Under the pieces are notes generated by a model. It searched no databases. It saw only the letters and a list, made by a program, of their open reading frames with translations, and was not told the origin of the DNA. A stretch of DNA of 64,000 nucleotides. Origin: Rhizobium sp. Q54 (GTDB lineage Bacteria; Pseudomonadota; Gammaproteobacteria; Burkholderiales; Burkholderiaceae). Both the position numbers and the translations under genes were made by a program. The stretch lies in contig CALRTW020000005.1 in NCBI GenBank assembly GCA_943371165.1, positions 3,481 to 67,480 on the forward strand, written 5' to 3'. Shown here in pieces: positions 43,531-53,622 of this stretch (the stretch's first letter is position 1; each line of letters opens with the position of its first letter).

Positions 43531-44535
43531 CTAGGCTTGTCTCACTAGGGAGTATTCGCACAGAGCAACCAAGGAATCTGTAGCCGCATTCTTTGGAAAC
43601 GCTTTGATATTACTCAGGGCTAAGTCTGCTTCGCGTTTGGCAGCCAGCTGGGTGTATTCCAGCGCGCCGGAGCATTGCACTGCAGTGAGAATTTGCTCAA
43701 ATACATCTTCCGGAAGATCGGTGTTCTGCGTAATGGCGGAACGCACTAAGAGCTGTTCTTCCGTATTACCTTTTTCTAATAAGTAAATTAATGGGAGTGT
43801 TGGCTTTCCCTCGCGCAGATCATCGCCGGCGTTTTTGCCCATTTGCGTCGACGTAGCGGTGTAGTCGAGTAAATCATCCATCAGCTGAAATGCGGTGCCA
43901 ATGTGCCGACCAAAAGCTGCGGCAAGTTCACGCTCACTATTGCTTGCTCCAGCCAAAATAGCGCCCAGCTCACTGGAAGCCTCAAACAATTTGGCCGTTT
44001 TATAGCGAATCACTTGGAGGTAGCTCGACTCATCGACCTCAGGGTCATTCATATTGAGGAGCTGTAATACCTCGCCTTCGGCAATCGTATTGGTGGCGTC
44101 CGACAGAATCTGCATGATCCGAATGTCATTGGGGGCCACCATCATTTGGAATGCTCTGGAGTACAAGAAATCCCCTACGAGCACACTGGCAGCGTTGCCA
44201 AAGGCGGCGTTGGCGGTCTCACGCCCTCGGCGCAGGGTGGACTCATCAACCACATCGTCGTGTAAAAGGGTGGCGGTGTGAATAAACTCCACTACAGCCG
44301 CTAAATCCAGCACATGGGGGATTTCTCGGCCGCTGGAGAGGGCTTTTGCGACCAAAATCAACAGGGCGGGGCGTACCCTTTTCCCGCCGGATTGGATGAT
44401 ATAGCCCGAAATCTGGTCAATTAAGGCCACTTCAGAGGCCAAACGGCGCTTAATAACCTCGTCTAAAGCCTTTAAATCAGGGGTTATGGGGGCCAAAATG
44501 GCGGCCAGATCGGGAGTTTTGACAGTGGTACTCAT
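43531..44535 (-). CDS. ispB: octaprenyl diphosphate synthase
   Basis: Two Asp-rich motifs (LLHDDVVDES, QLMDDLLD). Divergent from rplU, as in many proteobacteria. Confidence 0.85.
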   Translation of the reverse strand: MSTTVKTPDLAAILAPITPDLKALDEVIKRRLASEVALIDQISGYIIQSGGKRVRPALLILVAKALSSGREIPHVLDLAAVVEFIHTATLLHDDVVDESTLRRGRETANAAFGNAASVLVGDFLYSRAFQMMVAPNDIRIMQILSDATNTIAEGEVLQLLNMNDPEVDESSYLQVIRYKTAKLFEASSELGAILAGASNSERELAAAFGRHIGTAFQLMDDLLDYTATSTQMGKNAGDDLREGKPTLPLIYLLEKGNTEEQLLVRSAITQNTDLPEDVFEQILTAVQCSGALEYTQLAAKREADLALSNIKAFPKNAATDSLVALCEYSLVRQA

Positions 44536-44609
44536 GCAAGATATAATAATCGGCTCAGCTAGTCCGTGTGGATTAGCTTCAATGTTTCATAAATTTGAGG
44601 TTTCAAACC

Positions 44610-44921
44610 ATGTACGCGGTCATAAAAACCGGTGGCAAACAGTATAAAGTTGCTGCTGGTGAAAAATTGAAAATAGAACAGATACCAGCGGATATCGGCA
44701 GCGAAATTACCTTAGACCAAGTTCTCGCCGTAGGCGAGGGCGCTTCACTCAAGTTGGGTGATCCACTGGTTAATGGTGCCGCTGTGATGGCCACTGTCAT
44801 CTCCCAAGGACGTCACGACAAAGTGAAAATCTTTAAGATGCGCCGGCGCAAGCACTATCAAAAGCACCAGGGTCATCGTCAGAATTTCACTGAAATTTTG
44901 ATTAATACGATCAAGGCCTAA
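44610..44921 (+). CDS. rplU: 50S ribosomal protein L21
   Basis: [17 protein letters not shown] 44610 preferred over the track start 44595. Confidence 0.95.
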   Translation: MYAVIKTGGKQYKVAAGEKLKIEQIPADIGSEITLDQVLAVGEGASLKLGDPLVNGAAVMATVISQGRHDKVKIFKMRRRKHYQKHQGHRQNFTEILINTIKA

Positions 44922-44954
44922 TTAGGCACACGCTGAAATAGCAGGAGAAGAACA

Positions 44955-45215
44955 ATGGCACAGAAAAAAGGCGGCGGCTCGACACGAAATGGCCGCGACT
45001 CAGAATCGAAACGCTTAGGCGTGAAGGTATTTGGCGGCGAGCACATTAATGCTGGCAGCATCATCATTCGTCAACGTGGCACCAAGGTTCACCCTGGCGC
45101 AAACGTCGGCATTGGTAAAGACCACACTTTGTTTGCATTAATTGATGGTCAAGTTCAGTTTGGTATCAAGGGCGCCTTGAACAAGGCCCAAGTTTCGGTA
45201 TTGCCTCGTTCATAA
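44955..45215 (+). CDS. rpmA: 50S ribosomal protein L27
   Basis: [31 protein letters not shown] upstream. Confidence 0.95.
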   Translation: MAQKKGGGSTRNGRDSESKRLGVKVFGGEHINAGSIIIRQRGTKVHPGANVGIGKDHTLFALIDGQVQFGIKGALNKAQVSVLPRS

Positions 45216-45277
45216 GGCAGCCTGACTGAGACCCGTTTTATTTCTGAACGCAACACTGAAATTTAACTCTTAGGAAC

Positions 45278-45304
45278 AGGCCTCGCACAGCGAGGCCTTT
45301 TTTA
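45278..45304 (+). terminator. rho-independent terminator/attenuator between rpmA and obgE
   Basis: AGGCCTCG-cacag-CGAGGCCT followed by TTTTTT, ending 4 nt before the obgE ATG. Confidence 0.7.
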
Positions 45305-45307
45305 TTC

Positions 45308-46414
45308 ATGAAATTTATTGACGAAGCTCGAATCGAAGTAATTGCTGGCGACGGTGGCGCCGGTAGTGCTTCCATGCGCCGAGAAAAGTTCATCGAGTTC
45401 GGTGGGCCCGATGGTGGCGATGGCGGGCGCGGCGGCAGTGTCTATGCGGTTGCTGATCGCAACATCAATACCTTGATTGATTACCGCTATGCCAAAACCC
45501 ATACCGCCAAAAATGGTGAGCCTGGGCGGGGTGCTGACTGTTATGGCAGAGCGGGTGTTGATATTGAATTACGCATGCCGGTAGGCACCATCATTTCTGA
45601 TTTTGAAACCGGCGATCTGATTGCTGACCTCACAACGCATGGCGAGCGCCTATGCTTGGCCGAAGGCGGTGTTGGCGGCTGGGGCAACATTCACTTTAAG
45701 AGCAGTACCAATCGTGCGCCGCGGCAAAAGACCAATGGCAAACCAGGAGACCGTCGCAAACTCAAACTCGAGTTAAAGGTGCTGGCTGATGTGGGTCTGC
45801 TGGGCATGCCCAACGCCGGTAAATCGACCTTGATTACTGCGGTATCCAATGCCAGACCTAAAATTGCCGATTACCCATTCACGACCTTGCATCCCAATTT
45901 GGGCGTAGTGCGTGTTGGGCAAGAGCGCAGCTTTGTGATTGCCGACATTCCAGGTTTGATTGAGGGTGCAGCAGAAGGTGCGGGTTTAGGGCATCGATTC
46001 TTACGCCACTTACAGCGTACGGGTGTTTTGTTGCACATGGTCGATCTGGCGCCTTTTGATGAAGGCGTCGATAACGTTGCCGATGCAAAAGCGATCGTCA
46101 ATGAATTACACAAATACGATGAAGCGTTGGCTGAAAAGCCCCGTTGGTTGGTGCTCAACAAGATCGATATGATCCCAGAGGACGAGCGCGCTACGAAGGT
46201 AAAAGACTTCATTAAGCGCTTCAAATGGAAGGGCCCGGTCTTTGAGATTTCAGCCTTGACTGGCCTCGGTTGTGAAAAGCTCTGCTATGCCTTGCAAGAT
46301 TATTTAGACTCGGTACGCCGTGAGCACGATGCAGCAGAGGAGCGCGCAATCGATCCACGCTATCAAGGCAACGATGATGAGCGCGCACGCAAGGTGATGG
46401 ACGCTGACGATTAA
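45308..46414 (+). CDS. obgE: GTPase ObgE/CgtA
   Basis: [16 protein letters not shown] Obg fold, G1 [10 protein letters not shown]3 [10 protein letters not shown]4 NKID. Confidence 0.95.
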   Translation: MKFIDEARIEVIAGDGGAGSASMRREKFIEFGGPDGGDGGRGGSVYAVADRNINTLIDYRYAKTHTAKNGEPGRGADCYGRAGVDIELRMPVGTIISDFETGDLIADLTTHGERLCLAEGGVGGWGNIHFKSSTNRAPRQKTNGKPGDRRKLKLELKVLADVGLLGMPNAGKSTLITAVSNARPKIADYPFTTLHPNLGVVRVGQERSFVIADIPGLIEGAAEGAGLGHRFLRHLQRTGVLLHMVDLAPFDEGVDNVADAKAIVNELHKYDEALAEKPRWLVLNKIDMIPEDERATKVKDFIKRFKWKGPVFEISALTGLGCEKLCYALQDYLDSVRREHDAAEERAIDPRYQGNDDERARKVMDADD

Positions 46415-46438
46415 TCTGGAATAAAAAATACGATTGAG

Positions 46439-47227
46439 ATGTACATGGGAATACAGAACGCAAAACGGATTGTGGTGAAGGTGGGTTCTAGCTTAGTTAC
46501 CAACAATGGTGAGGGCTTGGATCACGCGGCCATCGCCAATTGGGCAGAGCAAGTTGCCGGCCTACAAAAATCAGGCTGTGAGGTTTTGATGGTGAGTTCC
46601 GGCGCAATTGCTGAAGGCATGCAGCGTCTGGCATGGACGCAGCGCCCCACTGAAATTCACCAGTTGCAAGCGGCTGCTGCAGTGGGTCAAATGGGTTTAG
46701 TGCAGGTGTATGAAAGCTCCTTTGCCCGTTTTGGTTTGCGTAGTGCCCAAGTCTTGCTCACCAATGCCGATTTAGCGAATAGCGAGCGTAATGCCAATGC
46801 CAAGGCAACCCTCACTACATTGCTGCAATTAGGTGTGGTGCCCATCATTAATGAAAACGATACAGTCGTGACGGACGAAATTAAGTTTGGCGACAACGAT
46901 CACCTGGCCGCTCTGGTTGCTAACTTAGTGGGCGCCGATGCCTTGGTGATCTTGACCGATCAAGGTGGCCTCTATACAGCAGACCCCAGAAAGGACAGTA
47001 GTGCACGCTTGGTTGCTAATGCAGTGGCTGGCGATCCTAATTTAGAAACCATGGCGGGTGGTGCTGGTAGTGCGCTCAGCAAGGGCGGCATGTTGACTAA
47101 AGTCTTGGCCGCGAAGACGGCTAGCGCAACTGGCGCAAGCACAGTCATTGCGTCCGGCCATGAGGCTGGGGTCTTAACTCGATTGCTTGCGGGTGAGCAA
47201 ATTGGCACCTGCCTTAGCCCAGCCTAA
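46439..47227 (+). CDS. proB: glutamate 5-kinase (short form without PUA domain)
   Basis: [13 protein letters not shown], amino-acid kinase fold. The ORF ends at 262 aa, and the next gene's stop codon lies only 20 nt further on. Confidence 0.85.
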   Translation: MYMGIQNAKRIVVKVGSSLVTNNGEGLDHAAIANWAEQVAGLQKSGCEVLMVSSGAIAEGMQRLAWTQRPTEIHQLQAAAAVGQMGLVQVYESSFARFGLRSAQVLLTNADLANSERNANAKATLTTLLQLGVVPIINENDTVVTDEIKFGDNDHLAALVANLVGADALVILTDQGGLYTADPRKDSSARLVANAVAGDPNLETMAGGAGSALSKGGMLTKVLAAKTASATGASTVIASGHEAGVLTRLLAGEQIGTCLSPA

Positions 47228-47246
47228 ATAGCGATAATGCGCAACT

Positions 47247-47825
47247 TTAATTGATAACACCAAATGAGTTGGTAGGCTTTAATCCACCAATAAAGCCATT
47301 GGGATCGAGGGATTGCAGTATTGTTTTTATATTTCTCTCTTGATTGGAGAAGTTGCAGAGTGCCCCCTGCGCTAATGCAGCTTGGTAGCGATTTGGGATG
47401 CTGTCCTTAATCCCAGACCAACCACCTAAGGGATTTTCTCGCCAGGCCCCATTGGTCTCATAAGTGCCGTAAAGACGGGCTTGATACGAATCGCAGCGAA
47501 TACCTTCGTATTGGGTTTGCTTTGATCCGCTGGGGCTCGTGATTTGAACCATATAGCGCGTTACACCATCGTTACCAATCAAGATGGATTGGGTATCGAT
47601 TGCAAATTTGAATATGGTGGTTTCAGAAACATAAAAAGGCAGCAGGGTTTTGGGGTTGGGCCCAACTAGCGGCATGCTTGTCTTCCCCTCGTTAAATGTC
47701 TTTGGTGCAAACGGATCAACACCACTGATCAAGGGGTCGCCAGAGCAACTAATCAAGCCTACTGAAATCAATACGCAGCTCGCATAAACAAACAACCGGG
47801 GACGTGGAAAAGAAGGTGTATGCAT
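47247..47825 (-). CDS. CNP1-like family lipoprotein
   Basis: Signal peptide with lipobox LISC. The conserved position between proB and rppH and the segment FAIDTQSILIGNDGVTRYMVQITSPSG...YEGIRCD resemble CNP1-like proteins of Burkholderiales (recalled, not searched). Confidence 0.5.
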   Translation of the reverse strand: MHTPSFPRPRLFVYASCVLISVGLISCSGDPLISGVDPFAPKTFNEGKTSMPLVGPNPKTLLPFYVSETTIFKFAIDTQSILIGNDGVTRYMVQITSPSGSKQTQYEGIRCDSYQARLYGTYETNGAWRENPLGGWSGIKDSIPNRYQAALAQGALCNFSNQERNIKTILQSLDPNGFIGGLKPTNSFGVIN

Positions 47826-47853
47826 GGGATCTGCCTAAATGGAGGGAGCTACT

Positions 47854-48429
47854 TTAGCTGGGTGGGGCTTCTGGATCATGGCGCCGAATATGTTGGGTAA
47901 GTTCAAGGGGTGCACCCCAAACCAGTTGCTGTAATTTCAGATTGCGAGTCAGGAACCGTGCCAACTCGGATAAGGCCAACTCATATACCTCGCGCTTAAA
48001 GTCCACGACCGTATTGAGTTCAATCCAATAGGGATGCCAGCGCCAAGCATCAAACTCCGGGTGCTCGGTGGCGCGCAGGTGAATATCGCTGTCCTGTCCT
48101 GTCAGGCGCAGTAAAAACCAAATCTGCTTTTGTCCGCGGTAGCTAGCCCGTTGCATCCGGCTGGCGGTTTGACGGCGCAAGAATTCCTCCGGGACATCAT
48201 AGCGAAGCCAGTCCCTGGTGCGTCCAATGATCTGGACATGTTCTGGCAGCAAGCCAACCTCTTCGTGCAATTCGCGGTACATGGCCTCTTCTGGGCTTTC
48301 ACCATGCTGAATCCCGCCTTGCGGGAACTGCCACGAATGCTGTCCAACGCGTTTTCCCCAGAAAACCTCGTTAGCGCCGTTAAGGAGGACAATGCCGACA
48401 TTGGGTCGATACCCTTCGCGGTCGAGCAT
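47854..48429 (-). CDS. rppH: RNA pyrophosphohydrolase
   Basis: [17 protein letters not shown], Nudix box [23 protein letters not shown]. Confidence 0.9.
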   Translation of the reverse strand: MLDREGYRPNVGIVLLNGANEVFWGKRVGQHSWQFPQGGIQHGESPEEAMYRELHEEVGLLPEHVQIIGRTRDWLRYDVPEEFLRRQTASRMQRASYRGQKQIWFLLRLTGQDSDIHLRATEHPEFDAWRWHPYWIELNTVVDFKREVYELALSELARFLTRNLKLQQLVWGAPLELTQHIRRHDPEAPPS

Positions 48430-48477
48430 AATCGCGCTCCAAATCCATTAAAATCAGTGATTTGATTATATCTATAC

Positions 48478-50220
48478 ATGAAAGCCACACAAACCTTTCT
48501 CGCGACCCTCAAGGAAGCCCCCTCAGATGCTGAGGTGGTTTCGCATCAGCTCATGGTGCGTGCTGGCTTAATCCGTAAGTTAAGTGCCGGAATTTATAAC
48601 TACCTACCACTGGGTTTAAAGGTAATTCGCAAGGTAGAAAACATCATTCGCGAAGAAATGAATCGGGCGGGTGCGATTGAACTTCTGATGCCGATGATTC
48701 AGCCAGCAGAGCTTTGGCAAGAAACCGGCCGTTGGGAGAAGATGGGCCCTGAGTTACTCCGCATTAAAGACCGACACGAGCGCGATTTTTTAATTCAGCC
48801 CACCTCCGAAGAAGTCGTGACTGATTTAGCTCGCAATGAAATCCGCAGCTATAAGCAGCTGCCAGTGAACTTCTATCAAATTCAGACGAAGTTTCGCGAT
48901 GAGCGTCGTCCCCGTTTTGGCATCATGCGCGGTCGTGAGTTCAGCATGAAAGACGCCTACTCGTTTGACCGGGATGCTGCTGGTCTCAAGCAGTCGTATC
49001 AGTTGATGTTTGATGCTTACACCCGTATTTTTGAGCGCATGGGTTTGGTGTTCAGGGCCGTTACCGCCGATAACGGCGCGATTGGCGGCTCAGGCAGTCA
49101 AGAGTTTCATGTGATTGCCGATACTGGTGAAGATGCGATTGTGTATTGCCCCAAATCCGATTACGCAGCCAATTTAGAGGCTGCGGAGTCGCTTTCATTG
49201 CTACCTGTTCGTGCTGCCCCAACTGTCGCTATGCAAAAAGTGGCAACGCCGGATCAAACCCGCTGCGATCAAGTGGCGCAGTTCTTGTCGCTTCCGCTTG
49301 AGCAAACCGTGAAGACCCTGGTGTTTGCAGCAGACCAAGAGAAAGGCCCTGCCAAACTCTTCATGCTCTTGCTCCGCGGTGATCACGAGTTAAATGAAAT
49401 CAAGCTCAGCAAAATTCCTGGCCTAGCCGAATCCCGTTTTGCAAGCGAGGCAGAAATCACTGCCGCATGCAATGCGAGCCCAGGCTCCTTAGGCCCAGTT
49501 GGTGTTCGCTCCGATGTTGTTGTGATCGCTGATCGCACCGTAGCCAATATGAGTGATTTTGTTTGCGGCGCCAATGCCACTGGGTTCCATTTGACCGGTG
49601 TGAACTGGGAGCGTGATCTGCCCTTGCCGCAGGTTGCTGACATCCGCAATGCTGTCGCCGGTGATCCGTCACCGGATGGTAAAGGCCCGGTTGAAATTTG
49701 CCGCGGTATCGAAGTGGGGCACGTCTTTCAATTGGGCACGCGCTACTCTGAAGCCATGCGCTGCACCTATTTGGATGAGAACGGTAAATCCCAACCAATG
49801 GTGATGGGTTGCTATGGCATTGGTGTAACGCGTTTACTCGGCGCAGCGATTGAACAAGGCCATGATGATCGGGGTATCGTCTGGCCGATTTCGATGGCGC
49901 CGTTTGAAGTGGTGATTTGCCCCGTGGGTTACGACAAGTCGGAGTCGGTGAAGGCCGAAGCCGATGCCTTGCACGATGCACTCCTGGCTGCGGGTATTGA
50001 TGTGGTACTGGATAACCGGGGCGAGCGCCCAGGCGCCATGTTTGCCGACTGGGAGTTAATCGGCGTGCCGTACCGCGTGGTGATTGGTGAACGGGGACTC
50101 AAAGACGGGCAGCTGGAGTTTCAAGGTCGCACTGAAAGTGCCGCGCAAAACATCCCGCTTGCAAACATCAAAGACCACGTCATCGCTGCTGTTCAGGCGG
50201 CTAAGCAACAGACCGCTTAA
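48478..50220 (+). CDS. proS: proline--tRNA ligase
   Basis: 580 aa class-II aaRS with an INS editing domain. [47 protein letters not shown]. Confidence 0.95.
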   Translation: MKATQTFLATLKEAPSDAEVVSHQLMVRAGLIRKLSAGIYNYLPLGLKVIRKVENIIREEMNRAGAIELLMPMIQPAELWQETGRWEKMGPELLRIKDRHERDFLIQPTSEEVVTDLARNEIRSYKQLPVNFYQIQTKFRDERRPRFGIMRGREFSMKDAYSFDRDAAGLKQSYQLMFDAYTRIFERMGLVFRAVTADNGAIGGSGSQEFHVIADTGEDAIVYCPKSDYAANLEAAESLSLLPVRAAPTVAMQKVATPDQTRCDQVAQFLSLPLEQTVKTLVFAADQEKGPAKLFMLLLRGDHELNEIKLSKIPGLAESRFASEAEITAACNASPGSLGPVGVRSDVVVIADRTVANMSDFVCGANATGFHLTGVNWERDLPLPQVADIRNAVAGDPSPDGKGPVEICRGIEVGHVFQLGTRYSEAMRCTYLDENGKSQPMVMGCYGIGVTRLLGAAIEQGHDDRGIVWPISMAPFEVVICPVGYDKSESVKAEADALHDALLAAGIDVVLDNRGERPGAMFADWELIGVPYRVVIGERGLKDGQLEFQGRTESAAQNIPLANIKDHVIAAVQAAKQQTA

Positions 50221-50247
50221 TTAAATAAAGGTAGAAGGTAGGGCGGC

Positions 50248-51630
50248 TTATTTTTTAAATAGGCCGCCAAGTCCTTTGGCCGCGCCACGCGCTGCCATCG
50301 AGCCCATCATGCGGGCCATCTTGCCACCCTTAAATTGCTTCATCATGCTTTGCATTTGCTCGAACTGCGCAAGCATGCGATTGACTTCTTGCACTTGAAC
50401 GCCGGCACCTGCAGCAATGCGGCGCTTACGACTTGCTTTTAATAATTCAGGCTTGCTGCGCTCTTGCGCAGTCATGCTGTCGATAATGCCGCGCATGCGT
50501 TTGATTTGCAGATCGGCTTGACTCATATTGACCTTGCCTGCGTTTTGCGTCATGTGGCTGGGTAATTTATCCAGCATATTGGCCATGCCGCCCATTTGCT
50601 GCATCTGAGTGATTTGATCCCGAAAGTCGCCAAGATCAAACCCACCTTTTTGCATTTTGACTGCCAGCTTCTCCGCTTTGGCAACGTCGATGTTTTGATG
50701 GGCTTGCTCAACCAAGGCCAGAATATCGCCCATACCCAAAATGCGATTGGCCATGCGTTCGGCATCAAAGGGCTCAAGGCCATCCATCTTCTCCGCCACG
50801 CCGATGAACTTCAGCGGCACGCCAGTAACGTGGCGCACTGATAGGGCAGCGCCGCCGCGGGAATCACCATCGAGTTTGGTGAGTACTACGCCGCTCAAGG
50901 GCAGCGCCTCATGGAATGCTTTGGCCGTGTTGACAGCGTCTTGACCCAGCATTGCATCGACCACAAAGAGGGTCTCGATGGGTTTGACGGCGCTGTGCAA
51001 CTGCGCAATCTCCTGCATCAGGGCTTCATCAATACCCAAGCGACCGGCGGTATCAACAATCAGTACGTCAAAGTAGTGACGGCGTGCCCAGTCCAATGCA
51101 TTGGTGGCAATTTCCACTGGCTTTTGATTGGTATTGCTGGGAAAGCACTCCACGCCAACCAATTGACTGACGGTTTCTAATTGTTCGATCGCGGCAGGGC
51201 GATAGACGTCGCAAGAGACGGTTAACACTTTTTTCTTCTTGGTATCGCGCAGCCATTTAGCAAGCTTGCCGACCGAGGTGGTTTTACCTGCGCCTTGTAA
51301 GCCAGCCATCAAAATCACAGCAGGGGGTTGGGTGGCGAGGTTGAGTTCGCTACTTTGACTGCCGTCCCCAGCCATGACGCTGGTTAATTCCCGTTGCACC
51401 ACCCCAACCAGGGCTTGGCCTGGACTGAGGCTGCCAACCACTTCTTCACCAAGGGCTTTGAATTTAACCTGTTCGAGTAGGGACTTCACCACGGGGAGCG
51501 CTACGTCGGCCTCAAGTAAGGCCAAACGGATCTCGCGCAGCATGTCTGCGGTGTTGCTTTCAGTTAGGCGAGCCTCACCTCGCATTGTTTTAACAACACG
51601 AGAAAGACGGTCTGTGAGGTTCTCTAGCAT
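50248..51630 (-). CDS. ffh: signal recognition particle protein Ffh
   Basis: MLENLTDRL, GLQGAGKTT, DTAGR, methionine-rich M domain. Confidence 0.95.
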   Translation of the reverse strand: MLENLTDRLSRVVKTMRGEARLTESNTADMLREIRLALLEADVALPVVKSLLEQVKFKALGEEVVGSLSPGQALVGVVQRELTSVMAGDGSQSSELNLATQPPAVILMAGLQGAGKTTSVGKLAKWLRDTKKKKVLTVSCDVYRPAAIEQLETVSQLVGVECFPSNTNQKPVEIATNALDWARRHYFDVLIVDTAGRLGIDEALMQEIAQLHSAVKPIETLFVVDAMLGQDAVNTAKAFHEALPLSGVVLTKLDGDSRGGAALSVRHVTGVPLKFIGVAEKMDGLEPFDAERMANRILGMGDILALVEQAHQNIDVAKAEKLAVKMQKGGFDLGDFRDQITQMQQMGGMANMLDKLPSHMTQNAGKVNMSQADLQIKRMRGIIDSMTAQERSKPELLKASRKRRIAAGAGVQVQEVNRMLAQFEQMQSMMKQFKGGKMARMMGSMAARGAAKGLGGLFKK

Positions 51631-51650
51631 TTATCGATTAGACTTTCCAA

Positions 51651-52499
51651 ATGACAATTTTAGGTTACTCCAGCTTCGGCTGGCTTCCCTCCGCACTTTA
51701 TCTGCTTTTGCTGATCACATTAAGCGTGCGGCCACGCAATCGGCCCGAGACCAAGCCCTTCATTTTTTTGGTGCAAGGCCTCATTTTTCTCATTCTATTG
51801 GTGCATGGGGCGGTCTTGCATGATTCCATTTTTACGCCCCAAGGCTTTGTCTTTGGGTTTGCGCAAAACCTCTCCTTAATCGCCTGGGTTGGACTGGCCT
51901 TTTATTGGGTTCAGAGCTGGATGCTGCCGATTTCCAGTATGCGCTTAATGGCCCTTGCCTTGGCAATGGCGTGCGCAATCCTGCCCGATATTTTTCCGGG
52001 CACCTTACTCTCGGCCCGCACCGTCTCCGATGCCTGGTTCAAAGGCCATTTCATTGTGGCAACCAGTGCTGTTGGTCTGCTGAGCCTTGCAGTAATGCAT
52101 GCCATATTGATGAGCATTCAGGACCGGGCGTTGCGCCGTCAATTTACCTATGCCCAAGATAGCCGCATCGGCCACTGGCTCGAGTCCTTGCCGCCCTTGA
52201 TGGCAATGGAAAGCCTCCTCTTCAGCTTTATTTACGTCGGCTTTGCATTGCTGAGCCTAACTGTTTTTTCTGGACTCTTTTTCTCGCAGGCGCTCTTTGG
52301 TCGGCCACTGGTTTTTGATCACAAAACCATCTTTGCCTTAATCTCCTGGTTCTTATTTGCCGGACTGATTGTGGCGCGTTGGCGCGTGGGTTTACGGGGT
52401 TTGGTGGCGATTCGCTGGGTCTTGGGTGCTTACGTTGCGCTGATTTTGGCCTATGTGGGTAGCCGCTTTGTGCTTGAAGTTATTTTGCAGCGAACCTAA
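51651..52499 (+). CDS. cytochrome c assembly family inner-membrane protein (YpjD/CcsA-like)
   Basis: 282 aa, about 8 TM helices. Conserved divergent pairing with ffh in proteobacteria. Confidence 0.6.
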   Translation: MTILGYSSFGWLPSALYLLLLITLSVRPRNRPETKPFIFLVQGLIFLILLVHGAVLHDSIFTPQGFVFGFAQNLSLIAWVGLAFYWVQSWMLPISSMRLMALALAMACAILPDIFPGTLLSARTVSDAWFKGHFIVATSAVGLLSLAVMHAILMSIQDRALRRQFTYAQDSRIGHWLESLPPLMAMESLLFSFIYVGFALLSLTVFSGLFFSQALFGRPLVFDHKTIFALISWFLFAGLIVARWRVGLRGLVAIRWVLGAYVALILAYVGSRFVLEVILQRT

Positions 52500-52501
52500 T
52501 T

Positions 52502-53317
52502 GTGCTGAAATGGATTTTGCTGCTGGTCGGCATTGGCCTCATTTACTTTTGGATTAAAAACAAGGGCCGTGCCGCGCAAGTAGAAAAAGCAAAAGCAAAA
52601 GCCCAAACACCCCCACCAGTCATTGCCGAGTCAGAAGAAATCAGGCCTTGCCGCCATTGCGGAGTCCATTTACCCAGCTCCGAGGGGGTAACGCACGAAG
52701 ACCGTTTTTACTGCTCTGGCGCGCACCGGGATGCGATAGATTCAAAGGGGTGGCTGGGATCAGCGCTATGGCGGGCCTCTCCAAACTTTGATGCGCGACC
52801 CAGTGATGCAGGGACGGATCTGGTGGTGTTGCACCACATTAGTTTGCCGCCAGGGCAATTTAGAGCCCAGAACAGCACCCAATACATTGTTGATTTTTTT
52901 CAGAACCAACTGGATCCACAAGCACACCCCTACTTTGCCGATATTGCGGAGCGACGCGTCTCCAGCCACTTCTTGATTGCCCGCTCCGGACGCATTATTC
53001 AGTTTGTGTCCACGCAGAATCGGGCTTGGCATGCGGGCGAGTCCGCGTTTGAGGGGCGCACACGTTGCAATGATTTTTCGATTGGGATTGAGCTTGAGGG
53101 CGACGGCGAGGCTGTTTTTGAAGAGGCGCAGTACCAGGCCTTACAGCAACTCATTACACAATTGCAATCCCAAAATCCGCATTTTCGTTTTGCTGGCCAC
53201 AGCGATATTGCGCCAGAGCGAAAAACCGATCCCGGGATTCAGTTTGATTGGGCGCGGTTTCAAAAAGACAACAGATTGCCTCTCGATAAATTGCCTTTTG
53301 GCCTTACTTCGCGCTAG
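52502..53317 (+). CDS. ampD: apparent fusion: PP0621-family small membrane/Cys-motif protein + 1,6-anhydro-N-acetylmuramyl-L-alanine amidase AmpD
   Basis: N-terminus: TM helix plus CRHCGVHLP...FYCSGAH, the PP0621-family pattern. From about residue 80: SPNFDARP...VLHHISLPPG...RAWHAGES...CNDFSIGIELEG, the AmpD amidase_2 pattern. No stop or start codon separates the two parts. Confidence 0.75.
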   Translation: MLKWILLLVGIGLIYFWIKNKGRAAQVEKAKAKAQTPPPVIAESEEIRPCRHCGVHLPSSEGVTHEDRFYCSGAHRDAIDSKGWLGSALWRASPNFDARPSDAGTDLVVLHHISLPPGQFRAQNSTQYIVDFFQNQLDPQAHPYFADIAERRVSSHFLIARSGRIIQFVSTQNRAWHAGESAFEGRTRCNDFSIGIELEGDGEAVFEEAQYQALQQLITQLQSQNPHFRFAGHSDIAPERKTDPGIQFDWARFQKDNRLPLDKLPFGLTSR

Positions 53318-53483
53318 TTGATTTAGGCCTATTTTGATGTATGTAAGTATTTGCTTACATTAGTTGCCAACGGCTAAAACACCCTCTGCATTTGCACCAA
53401 AATTGACCCTCACATTGCCTGTGAAAATAAGGGCAAATCCTAGGTATTTTTTGTAATAAAAAGCATACGCAATTCGAAATAAT

Positions 53484-53530
53484 TCCCTATACTTAGTGCC
53501 ATGGTGCAAAAAAAACACTAGATGTAGTGT
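53484..53530. promoter_or_regulatory. putative tandem NrdR boxes upstream of nrdAB
   Basis: ACACTAGATGTAGTGT (53515-53530) matches the acaCwAtATaTwGtgt consensus at 14/16. The weaker TCCCTATACTTAGTGC (53484-53499) matches at 10/16. Centres are 31 bp apart, the typical NrdR tandem spacing. Confidence 0.55.
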
Positions 53531-53622
53531 TATTTTGCCAAAAAACACAATTGCAAAATAAGGTTAAATCCTTGTTTTAAAACGACATTTCTTACACGAA
53601 CTTAGGTAAACGCAGGGGCGCT

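Noticed and set aside
53360-53548. 62-aa minus-strand ORF in the nrdA upstream region
   Set aside because: It is AT-rich intergenic DNA carrying the NrdR-box candidates. It has no RBS and a Phe/Lys/Tyr-rich low-complexity product.
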